A DNA stretch of 54,996 bases from a virus. Its lineage: Duplodnaviria > Caudoviricetes. The number at the start of each line of letters is the position of its first letter. Position 1 is the stretch's first letter. The stretch covers positions 1 to 54,996 of the IMG/VR virus record IMGVR_UViG_3300037424_001001; one strand, given 5' to 3'. Positions 7,143 to 17,000 of this stretch are shown one piece after another. The position numbers and the translations under genes are program-made. The notes beneath the pieces were generated by a model. The model did no database searches. It had not been told where the DNA came from and worked only from the letters and a program-made list of their open reading frames with translations.

Positions 7143-7778
7143 CTACAGGGCTTGGTGAAAATTGTGATTGAACAGCCTGCTCTGGAAATAATCCCAATCG
7201 CTTCCATTGTCGAGCGGGGTAAACTTGTAGGGGCCTTCCCCTTTCTTCGGCAGGCGCAGCTTGTAGCGGTTGATCAGCTTGCGCTCTCCTGTCTCCTCCC
7301 TGAATCCGACCTCATAGGCGGAGGTCTGCGGCCCGGTCAGGGTGCCGATACCTGTTTTAACGTCGACCAGTGCTAGGCGCTTGATCATCGGAAGGTAGGC
7401 CAGAATGTCCAGCGTTCCGGCATATCCGTATTTGGTGCTGCAAACCCGCTTCTCTACGGCGACGATCTCGGGCTTGTAGTCGGCCTGCCATTGCACCAGG
7501 GCCCGGACGCTGCTTTCAATGGCCTCGGGGTAGAAGATGGCATCAATACCATGGAGGAGTGCGAGTTCCATGACCTTATGCACGGCGCGCCCGTAGTCGC
7601 CTGCGGCTTCAACCGCATCGGCCGCCATGGCCTGCCCGGTGATGGTGTTGATGTAGAATGACAGATTTCCCCACTCCACCTTGATCAATTCCTTGAGGAT
7701 GCCAGTCACGCCAGGGATCGGGGCGCCGCGATAGCGGTAGGTATGACTGGCTTCGTCGAAGGTCAGTCCGTCTCTCAT
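7143..7778 (-). CDS. PD-(D/E)XK exonuclease (Cas4/lambda-exo-like)
   Basis: G..VH, E, YAGTLD, VDVKTG and Q..AY motifs. Confidence 0.8.
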   Translation of the reverse strand: MRDGLTFDEASHTYRYRGAPIPGVTGILKELIKVEWGNLSFYINTITGQAMAADAVEAAGDYGRAVHKVMELALLHGIDAIFYPEAIESSVRALVQWQADYKPEIVAVEKRVCSTKYGYAGTLDILAYLPMIKRLALVDVKTGIGTLTGPQTSAYEVGFREETGERKLINRYKLRLPKKGEGPYKFTPLDNGSDWDYFQSRLFNHNFHQAL

Positions 7779-8008
7779 GCTGCAGACTCCCGGCTGTTTT
7801 TTATCTCGACCAGCTTATCAATGGCCTTAATCCAGGTTGACGCCGTAACGTACGGATAGCCATGACAATAGACGAGGTGCTGATATTCAACGTTCCCGAG
7901 AAAGTCTTCCGTGATCTCCACCCTGATAGAGTGGTGTTCCCCTTTGGAAAACGCCTTGACCCGGCGCTTGGCCTCGCCGATGGAAATATCCCTCCCCTTT
8001 CTGCCCAT
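7775..8008 (-). CDS. Hypothetical protein (77 aa)
   Basis: SD GGAGG; ATGA coupling. Confidence 0.65.
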   Translation of the reverse strand: MGRKGRDISIGEAKRRVKAFSKGEHHSIRVEITEDFLGNVEYQHLVYCHGYPYVTASTWIKAIDKLVEIKNSRESAA

Positions 8009-8010
8009 GG

Positions 8011-8481
8011 TTATTTGCCTCCCTTGCGCCGGGCCAGTTCCCCGGTGAATGACGTTTCCTTGGGCTTGTCATAAGTCCCCGTCCCTGCGCAGTCCTTGCA
8101 GCGATCCGGAAGAATCTGGTACGCCATGCGGGCGACCCACCCCGTTCCTCCACACCGGCAGCAGACCCCGGGACGTGTGGCAATGAACAGCCAGCCGAGG
8201 GGCATCCGATCAACGATCTTGCGCGGCAACTGCCTGGCGATATCCCCGCGGTGCGCGCACAGCCCGAAGTGATTGGTGCGGGCAATCTCCCCGGAGAGCT
8301 CCACCCCGCCGAACGACTCCGAGTAAAAGGCCATGCACTCGATAACGCTTTCCTTGGGCCAGTCGGCATGAACGCGGATGTTGTTGACCTGGTGAAAGGT
8401 TCGCACCATGCCTTTGCTGTCGACGTTCAGCAGGCCGATGGCCTGCTCCATAGGGACGACAATGCGCTTCTCACCGGCCAT
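8011..8481 (-). CDS. Hypothetical protein with C-terminal CxxCxGxG zinc finger
   Basis: CCRCGGTG and CKDCAGTG. Confidence 0.65.
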   Translation of the reverse strand: MAGEKRIVVPMEQAIGLLNVDSKGMVRTFHQVNNIRVHADWPKESVIECMAFYSESFGGVELSGEIARTNHFGLCAHRGDIARQLPRKIVDRMPLGWLFIATRPGVCCRCGGTGWVARMAYQILPDRCKDCAGTGTYDKPKETSFTGELARRKGGK

Positions 8482-8483
8482 GA

Positions 8484-9434
8484 CTATCGGCCCTCCTTGT
8501 CGAGATATGCCTTCAGGTCGGCCAGCAGATCGACGGCTTCCGCATCGAACATACCGCGGATATCGTCGACGGTCATCTTGCGTTTGGCAATGATCGTCAG
8601 CAGGGCGTTCATTTCCCCTTCGACGCCGCCGCAGATGTGACCGAGGGTTTCCAGCAGGGCGTCCATGGGGGACGCCGTGTCGAACGGGGCTTGCTGATTC
8701 TGCTCGGGTTGCGGTTTCGGTTCCGGGTCCGGCGCCTTGCTTGCCGCCTTCGCCCGGGGTTTCGGCTCCGGCTTGGCCTGCGGCTTGAGGCCGACCTGCG
8801 CCTCGAGCGTTTCCGCCGGGGGCGTGACATCCACCATTCCCCTGGGCCCCACGTCAACCAGTTCGTCGACGGTCTGCATACCGAGGAGCCGTTCCGGGCA
8901 ATGGAGACGACCAAAGAAGGTGGCGGCTCGATAAGCAAACATGATAGCCGGCATGGTCTTCCACTTGCTGCCTTCCTTACTCAACCACCCTTCCTTTTCC
9001 ACCATGCCCCATTCGACCCATGGACCATAGACGGTCTTGCCAGAGGACTTGCGCACCGCAAAGGCGCGGACCTTGTAGTCCTTCCTGTGTGCATCTTCGC
9101 CGACAACCTCGTAGTCGAGAGAGTCGACAAAGAGTCCGCTGGAGTTGATCAGTGTGATGGCCAGCTTGGCCTCAATCCCCGGCTTGCCGTGAACGATGTA
9201 GCTGTTCTGCAGAAAGGGGAGGATGGCGACATCCATGCGCATCGCCATTTCGATAGAGATCATGCAGTTCTCGGGCTTTCCCTGGAACTGCTTCGGCACC
9301 AGTTCGCTCTTGGCAAAGAGCGTGGCAATCCGCCAGAGGTGGTCGAACCGTGCCGAGTCCATGAAGTTCGCGAAAGCTCCATCGTCAACGATGATGGCCT
9401 TCTGGTCCTGTTTTGCGAGATTCTTTTCCGTCAT
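8484..9434 (-). CDS. RecT-like single-strand annealing protein
   Basis: VPKQFQGKPENC...QNSYIVHGKP...SKWKTMP...CPE.LLG pattern; lies near the exonuclease. Confidence 0.75.
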   Translation of the reverse strand: MTEKNLAKQDQKAIIVDDGAFANFMDSARFDHLWRIATLFAKSELVPKQFQGKPENCMISIEMAMRMDVAILPFLQNSYIVHGKPGIEAKLAITLINSSGLFVDSLDYEVVGEDAHRKDYKVRAFAVRKSSGKTVYGPWVEWGMVEKEGWLSKEGSKWKTMPAIMFAYRAATFFGRLHCPERLLGMQTVDELVDVGPRGMVDVTPPAETLEAQVGLKPQAKPEPKPRAKAASKAPDPEPKPQPEQNQQAPFDTASPMDALLETLGHICGGVEGEMNALLTIIAKRKMTVDDIRGMFDAEAVDLLADLKAYLDKEGR

Positions 9435-9436
9435 GA

Positions 9437-9637
9437 CTATTTGTTCCTTTCCTTGGGATCAAACTCAACCTTATCGACCTTGGCCCACTTCACCCCCGTT
9501 ACGTCGATAGCCTGGAGGCGCAGATCGGTACGGCCGTAAGCCTGCCGAACGTCGATCACCTTCACCTTCACCTTGAAGCCGTCGGCAACCACCGTGCCGG
9601 TACGATCGATAAAACACCCGACTCCTGTTTCACTCAC
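9437..9637 (-). CDS. Small hypothetical protein (66 aa, GTG start)
   Basis: SD AGGAGG at 9645-9650; first gene after the promoter. Confidence 0.6.
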   Translation of the reverse strand: MSETGVGCFIDRTGTVVADGFKVKVKVIDVRQAYGRTDLRLQAIDVTGVKWAKVDKVEFDPKERNK

Positions 9638-9676
9638 TGAATCACCTCCTCTCGTTGTCTCTTCGCTGTTTTGGTA

Positions 9677-9705
9677 ACTATAGTTACAGGGAATAACTGT
9701 GTCAA
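9677..9705 (-). promoter_or_regulatory. Sigma70 promoter of the leftward early operon, overlapped by a palindromic operator
   Basis: TTGACA-17 bp-TATAGT; perfect palindrome GTAACTATAGTTAC at 9674-9687. Confidence 0.8.
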
Positions 9706-9718
9706 TAGAAAAATAAAC

Positions 9719-9754
9719 AAAAAAGGCCCCCGACGAAATAACGTCGGGGGCCTT
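9719..9754 (-). terminator. Intrinsic terminator after the lysis genes
   Basis: 13-bp stem AAGGCCCCCGACG / CGTCGGGGGCCTT with a U-tract on the minus strand. Confidence 0.85.
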
Positions 9755-9838
9755 CCTGTTCGTGCCCACGGAGGGGAGGTGCAGACTCGAAACAGAAGAT
9801 TCATTTAACCACCTGGCCGGTGGGTTCGCAACCCTTTT

Positions 9839-10342
9839 TTATTCGGGCAGACGCGCCATTTGATAATGGGGATGATCCGGCTTGCGCCACCGGCCGCCCC
9901 AGTCCAGCCCGACCAGTTCGCCGATTCCGCCGGCCTCTGCATAGTCGGGAATATCGTTGCCGTTGACGGAGACCTTCAGGTCCCAGTGTGCGGACCGCCG
10001 GCCGGAGCGCAGCAGAGCGATATCGAAAGCCCGGGAATATCCGTTGGGATCGTAGTCGGAGCGGGAGAGATCAATCGGCTGGGGGAAGTGGCGGCTCTTC
10101 ATCGTCCATGTGACGCAATACTCATTCTCGGCGGCACTCAGGGGGTACATGCCGACGGCCCGCCTCAGCACGTTCACCTCGACCAGGTTCCGACGCCCCT
10201 GGGCGTAGAGTGCGGCTTGTTCGTCGAGCGTTCGGACGGTACTGGTGACGATGTGGGCGATACCGGCCAGGGCCAACTGCTTTGAGAATTCGGCATAGAG
10301 GGGGAGGAGGAGGGGGTGGAGGCGCTTGATGTCTCGGCTCAT
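9839..10342 (-). CDS. Endolysin, M15 family (L-Ala-D-Glu peptidase-like)
   Basis: RT..EQAALYAQGR, SRH, AFD, WGG.W..PD.PH.Q motifs. Confidence 0.9.
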   Translation of the reverse strand: MSRDIKRLHPLLLPLYAEFSKQLALAGIAHIVTSTVRTLDEQAALYAQGRRNLVEVNVLRRAVGMYPLSAAENEYCVTWTMKSRHFPQPIDLSRSDYDPNGYSRAFDIALLRSGRRSAHWDLKVSVNGNDIPDYAEAGGIGELVGLDWGGRWRKPDHPHYQMARLPE

Positions 10343-10521
10343 GGCTTCTCCGTAATGCGATCGGTTCGAGGTGCGGATCCCTGTGTGACCTTGGCGTCGA
10401 TGTCGACCTTTTCCTTACACCCTTCCCGCTCGGTCCGGGCGGGATGTGGACCTTTGGCGTTTTTACACCAGGGCTCGAGGCCGAAAAAGCCGAAGTAGTA
10501 GCAGTTGCCGCAGAGCTTCAT
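10339..10521 (-). CDS. Small Cys-containing protein (60 aa)
   Basis: ATGA-coupled on both sides; CGNC motif. Confidence 0.55.
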   Translation of the reverse strand: MKLCGNCYYFGFFGLEPWCKNAKGPHPARTEREGCKEKVDIDAKVTQGSAPRTDRITEKP

Positions 10522-10898
10522 GAGGTGACAAGCCAGGCAATAATGACGGCGCTGAAAATGCCGGAAAGAAACCCGCCGAGCAGCGTCCAGCCTTTGATTG
10601 CCAACTTCCCCGGGGCGCTCTTGGCCGCCTCAAGGTCTTTACGGATTTCCTTGATCTCGATCCATTGCAGATCTTCCGACTTTGCAAGGGCCTGTATCTG
10701 TGTGGCGGCGATGGCTTGATCACGCATAAGGGTTGCCACCTCGTCGATCTTGGTAACGACTGTCGCCAGTTGAATCGCTATCGCAGGAAGGTCTACCGTC
10801 CTCTCTTCGAGTGATTCCACATCTTTCTCCAGTCTTCGCACCGGCCCGGCCTGGTGGCACGATTCGGGGGAATGCGAGAAGTTCGGTTGCTTGGCCAT
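10518..10898 (-). CDS. Coiled-coil protein with C-terminal TM helix (possible holin/lysis protein)
   Basis: C-terminal WTLLGGFLSGIFSAVIIAWLV; upstream of the endolysin. Confidence 0.6.
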   Translation of the reverse strand: MAKQPNFSHSPESCHQAGPVRRLEKDVESLEERTVDLPAIAIQLATVVTKIDEVATLMRDQAIAATQIQALAKSEDLQWIEIKEIRKDLEAAKSAPGKLAIKGWTLLGGFLSGIFSAVIIAWLVTS

Positions 10899-10919
10899 TC
10901 ATAGCCCTCCGGAAAAACA

Positions 10920-10965
10920 TAAAAGAAAAGGCCACCGTCCCCTTGCTTCCCGGGTTCGGTGGCCT
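10920..10965 (-). terminator. Intrinsic terminator downstream of the giant gene
   Basis: Stem AGGCCACCG / CGGTGGCCT followed by a U-rich tract on the minus strand. Confidence 0.6.
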
Positions 10966-10995
10966 CCTGTTCGGATCAGCCGTTCTGATATCGCC

Positions 10996-11024
10996 ATGTT
11001 ACAGAGCTTGCCGGGCTATCGCAA
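10996..11024 (-). promoter_or_regulatory. Putative promoter TTGCGA-N17-TAACAT
   Basis: Member of a recurring TTGCGA-N17 motif. Confidence 0.5.
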
Positions 11025-11027
11025 CCG

Positions 11028-14000
11028 CTAAAACGCGGCGCCGTATCGCTCGACGGCCAGTTTTTGCAGCCGATTCCGTTCGGCGTTGAGCTTGTCGACG
11101 CGGGACTGTTTCTCTTCCCGGGTCAGTTCCCTTGAGCTCCACACCAGGCGAATCCGGTTATTGATGTCCTGCAAACGCTTCTGCACTGCGGCCAGTTGAG
11201 GACGGGCCCGGAGCTTGGCCAGGTTCTCTCTGAGCATCGTGTCGGCGTCCTCCTTGCGTCCCCGCTTGCGATACTCCTTGATGGTGCTGTAGATCTTGGC
11301 CGTTTCGACGGTCATCTCGTAGAACTCGTTGCTGTACTTGGTGCTCCGCGGACTGTCCTCCCGCACAAAACGATTCAGCACAGGAATGTCCTGGACGCTC
11401 CCGGCGGGGATCTCCTCGGCGAGTCCTGTTTTTCTTAAAATAGCATCGGAGGCCATCAGGGCGTAGGTCGAAACCGCCGACGTATAGCCGTAGAGAAGAT
11501 GTCCTAGCCGCTTGGGACTGCGCAGGAAGGCCGGGGCGCTGTCGGGCATACCCTCGGCCAGCAGTCGGAGGCTTTCGCTTGTCCAGGGGTCATACTGGGC
11601 TTCAGGCTCCAACCGTTGGAGCCGTTGCGAGACAATCGGAGAGTCGGAGAAGAACGATTTGTTGGCCACTTCCTCGACGATGGGCTTGAACAATTGCGGA
11701 ATTGGATTGAAGGCGAATGTGTCGAGGAACATTTGCACCATGCGATTGACGAACATATCCCCTTCTTTTTCCCGGATCAGCTCCATCATCCGCTCGGGAA
11801 TGGTGGAGAATATCGCGCCGACTTCAAAGGGCTTGGGCATCCGGAAGTGACCGAAGGGGGTGAAGAAGTGCCAGTAGAGATCCTTGTCCCACTCGGGGAG
11901 GTCTTCGTAATCGGGATTGCCCATATTGATTGCGTAAAGCGCCAGGGTTGCGCCCGTCAGCATCAGCCCCTTGAGGGCAAAAGAGCGGGGGTTTTCCTTG
12001 ACACCGCGGTAAAGCCGGTCGAGGCCCTGAATCCTTGCATTCAAGAAAGGAACCGTCTGCACCATGAAGCGCATGACCGCGTAATCACCTGAGCGGGTGA
12101 AGTTGAGCGTATCCATGGCCTGGTAAGCGGCTTCGCCGATACTGCCCCCGGCTTTCAGGGTCTTGTCGAAGACCACCATGCGGTTTGCCGACTCGGTTGC
12201 GGCGCCGATCTTCTGGTAAAAACGCCATGCCTTGCGGGGGGAGTGCAGGACCGTATCCTTGAAGCGGGTCGACTCCATCGCCTTGACCTGATCGGCGATC
12301 ATATCCCGAGCCCCTTCTTTGCGCACATGATAGTACCCGCCGCCGCCGGCTCCGGCCGCCATCATGGCCATCAGCTTCTCGTCCTTGCCGAGGGCATTGA
12401 TGAATTCCTTGCCAGCATGAAGAAAGGGAATCATGTTGGTGTCCGTGACCACCCATGTCGAGAGGGTATCCCGGAGGAAGTTGGCCATCATGAAGGCCGG
12501 GTTGACGGTGACCGAATGGGTCAGGAGCTTCTTGGCCCCCTTCATCAGGGTCAGCATCCCGTCGGTTGTGGTCGGGCCCATGGCCGTCATGGAGCGCAGG
12601 AGCAGCGGATCATGCACCCGGAAATAGCGGGGCTTGCCGCCGGAGAGGACGGTGATCACGTCCGGGCCCTGCGGCGCCCACCGGGCAAGGAGCTTGCTCC
12701 AGGCGCTCAGTTCGCTGTCCATGAATTCACCGACGCCCAGGTGTCCGATCTCCGCCACGTTGCCCCAGCTTGTTTCGTTGTCGGGGAGAATGCCCGAGGC
12801 TTCGAGGGCCTTGCGGATCATGCTGTTCGGGACCATGACCGGCTTCCACGTTTTGCTGATCTCCTCGATGGCGCCTGTTCCCTCGGCCATGTCGACGATC
12901 CGCTGTGCTGCGATGTTTTTGAAGGAAGAATCGATCAGCTTGGCGGCGTTGAGAAGCATGTTCTCCATGACGTTGATCTTGCCGGCGCCGCCCTTGAGCC
13001 GCATGATTCCGCTTTTCTGGTTGGCGAGGCCGCGTTTCTTGAACGGGCCCTTGACGTTCTCCGCACCCTGGATGTCTTCGACCACCCGGTAAAAAGGCAC
13101 ATAGTCGTTCTTCGACCATTCGGCCCGGGCTTCTCCGTCGATAACGCCCGTTGCTTCGGCCAGGTCGAGGATCTTGTTGTTAAAGGTCTGGTACTCGTCA
13201 AAGATTTGACGGAAGAGCGGGTATTGCTGTTCGAGCGGGAGGAGAGCGTCAATCTGATCCTGGGTGAAATTGTTCTCCCGGCCTTCTTTGATCAGGCGAT
13301 TGGCGCGCACCGCTGCGGCCCATCCTTCCCACAGGCGCAAAAGGTTCCCGTCGGCGTGATTGGTCAGCGGGGCGAAGATGTCGGCAAAGCCTTTCCCGCT
13401 CTTGGCGTTTTCCAGATGGAAAGATCCGTTGCGGAAGAGCAGGGCGCCGCGGAGCATGACCGCGGCCATAACCGAATCGAGGTTTCTCGTCAGTCGGGCG
13501 GCCTTGCTCGGGGAGATTGAGGCGTCCATCACCTGCCCGAAAGTGTCCTCCTCGTAGCTTTCGATGGATGCAAAATCATCCATCATCCCCTGCCGTACCG
13601 CCAGAGGGTCCACCCTGGCCGTGAAGTTGTACAATATCGTTTTGGCGCGCTCCGCCCAGGTCATATCCGCCGAGGGAGTTGCCATGGTGGCGGCCAGGGC
13701 GGCTTCCTGTTCGGGGGTGCCGGTGGCGCGCTTGCGTTGAAAGGTCGGATAAACGCCCGGGGTCATGCCGGATTTTTTGAAGGCGTCAGGAGCCGTGACG
13801 GACATCTCCCTGTAGCTGCCTTCGACGGCGCCGGGTTCGACGTATTGGGAGAACTGCGTCTCCTGCGACCCGAGTACGCCGTCATACCCTTCCTGCTCCG
13901 CCTCCCGCTTGAAGGCTTCGATAGCACCTTCCGGCGTCGCGGCCCCCGAAAGGTCAGTGCCGACCCATCGCTGCCCGTTGAAGATAAGAAATCCGCCGTC

Positions 14001-17000
14001 CTCCATCATCTCCTCATAGCCGGAGTAGCTGGCGCTGCGCTCTTCCTGCGGGATGTCACGCCACGCCACGGCGCGGAGCGCGATGGACCCACCACCAGGT
14101 GTCCCGAGAACCACGTCCTCAAACTCAACGCTGTTCGCCGCGATCTCGTCGAGGACTTCCTGCTTAGTGTAAACCCCCTTGGCATCGAGTCCCGGGAGAA
14201 TGGTGGCGATTTCGTCGTCAGTGACCCCGTTGTTTTTCAGCATATTCTTGAGCGCAGGAGCAAGGATCTTCCCGCCGACCTTGTTCCGCACAACCTCTTC
14301 GAGCTTTGAGTAGAAGGCTTGCGGGGAGGAAAGCGGTCCACGCTGTTCCGTGACATTGCCAGGACCATACGGCCGCCGGCCGGACACCGGACCGCCTCCG
14401 CCGAGGGTGCGTTTCCCCCGGGCGATCATCGCCACCAGATCGGCGTCGGTGTATTTCCATGCGGTGAAGCCGTTCTTGACCAGCCACGTCTTGATTGCCT
14501 CGACGGCGCGCTGGATCAGCCTCGGGCGCTCGTTACGCTCGGCCACCCGGGCAAGGACTTCCTCCGCAGCCTTGAGGCGCTGCAGCTTGTCGGTCAGGTC
14601 GAACTTGTAATCCTTGGCGACTTCCTGCATTCGGGCCGGGAAGGCCAGCGCCACTTGATTGAGTACCGGGATAATGTCGGCGCCCAACAGGGACCGGGGG
14701 CCGATATGACCGTACCCTTCGTGGAAGACGGCGCGCTGCAGATCTCCGGCAGAAGAGAACTGGTCGGCCACTAGGTAAATGTCGCGGCCGGTTGTCTCGT
14801 CCAGCAGTGCCTTGATTGCCTGCTCCCCGTTCATGGTCCCGTTCATGGCGGCCGCCTTCAGGTGCGGGGGCAGCCCTTCGGTATTCGGCACCACATGGAA
14901 GGAGATCGAGGAGGGGAACGCCTGAACCGGGCGGGCAATGGCCTTTTCTGCGGCAGCAATCGACATGCCGGGACCGGTGGCGCCGCGAGAGAAGGTTGCA
15001 CCAGGGCCTTCGCGCAAAGACTCAATCCCTGATGGGACCTCCGACTTGATCGGCATGACGTAGCCGACGACGGAATCTTTCGAGAAAATAGCGAGGGGGT
15101 TGTCTTTCCCTCCGTCATTCGTCTGCTTAAATGTCGCATCAGGGTACAGGTTCAAGATCAGGTCGTAATATTTGGCGTCAATGGGAGAGCCCTTGTCAAA
15201 CCAGATCCTTTTTTGCGTGTCGTTTTCAATAAAACCAATGACCTTGATGCTTTCCGTCGGCGAATAGTTTTTGGGGAAAAACTCCATGTCGATGTCGGAG
15301 ATAGGTTGACGCAACTGCTCTTCGAGTTTTGCCGGAGGCTTCCCTTCCAGCAGGTAATGGCCGTTGGAAAAAGCGGTCTTGCCGTTCATCGTGCCACGGA
15401 AAAGGGTGCGCGATCCGGGCATATTGGTGTTATTCGATTTTGTAACCTGAGCCCACTTGACGGGTTTGGCCTTGTATTTCAGGATTGACAGGCCGTCCTC
15501 TGCCGTCCTGCCCTCGTCGGGGTCCGCCGGGCGGCGATCTTGTTGCGAAAGGACAGAGATGTGCGCATCAGACTCCGGGATCTCGGGTTCTTTCTTTTCT
15601 TTCACCACAACTTCGGGGGCGTCAAACTCCCGGTCGTCATAGATCCGCATCCCCTGATCGTCCATGATCTCGTTGTAGGGGATAGCAACTTGGCCCCTCT
15701 CGTCGGAGGCCATGACGAACCATCCCGCGCTCGCCCAGCGATGGCCGGAAACGGTGAAGGTGGTATCTCCCCACACCACGTCGGTATCGACCGGGGCGCC
15801 GTTGCGCAACCAGGCCGGGGGCGGTACGGGGTTGGCTTCCATGTCAGAGGTGATGTCATGCACCAGTTCCTTCATGGCTTCCAGTTCGGTCTGCCGGCCA
15901 AAGGTCTCTTTGGAGATCTCATCCAGGCGCAGAAGGGAAGACTCAAACTCGGAGACTTTGCCCCGGGTACGATCTGTTGAACCGACAACTCCGCGGATAG
16001 CTGCCTCAAGGCTGGCGAGGCTCGACTTGTGTGACTGGACTTCGTGACTTCCGTTCGCGCCCTGGATTTCGGCTTTCAGTATTGCCTCTTCGCCGAGTTT
16101 GGGAAAAGAAGCCCTTACGGGGAAACCGTAGATGGTCCCGACTGCGACATTGTTGTCACCGATACGGACGTTTTTTTGGATAAACTTTGCAATGGCCTCG
16201 TCGGCATCCTTGCGGGTGGCGTAGTTCTTCCCGTTGATGTTGGCGGTAAAGGTCAGCATCGCCGTTTTGATCTTGGCGAGAATACCGTTCTCTCCGTCCA
16301 TAATTGCAAGACGCTCTTTCCCGCTGGCAATATCCCGGGTCAGGGTCTTGATCGTGGACTTGGCCTCAACGACGGCCTGTGTGTGCATCCGCTCCCGGCG
16401 CTGCAGGTGCTCGACCTTCTTCCGGGCTTTTTCGAGCAAGAGGATTCGCGGATCACCGGCGGCGTTGGCGAAGGTGTCGAGAATGTCGTTTTCCTCCTCG
16501 GCGGCTCCGTCGCCTTCGATCACTCGAATGTCATCGTTGGCGGTGAGGAATGCCTTGATGAATTTTGACTTGATGGCGAGAATTTGCCAACGGCGCCCGT
16601 CGAGACGATCGGTCAGGTAGCGGTACTCGAGAACGGTATTCCATTGGTTCCCCTGGCGGTGGCCGCGGCCGTTGCGCTGTTCCAGGTCCCCGGGCATGTA
16701 GGGGGCGTCCATGTGGTGCATGGCCCGGAGGTTCTTCTGCATATTGACCCCGACTCCGAGAGACTGGGTACTGCCGAAGACAATGCGGATCTCGGCGCGG
16801 TTCATCTTCTCGGAGATCTCCGCCCGCTTCTGTTTGCTGGTGCTGCCGTCGACTACTGCAATCTGTTCCCGGGGGATACCGGCCTGCACCAGGCGCTCAA
16901 CCATATCGTGAACGGTGGAGAAGACCTTGTAGCTCTGCGAGGTTTTATTCCCCGCAGAACCGACCGACCGTGTTGCCGTTCTTCCGAGTCCGCTGTTGGT

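Noticed and set aside
7143-7778. Cas4 as evidence of a CRISPR-Cas system
   Set aside because: It is a stand-alone PD-(D/E)XK nuclease in a RecT module, with no cas genes or array.
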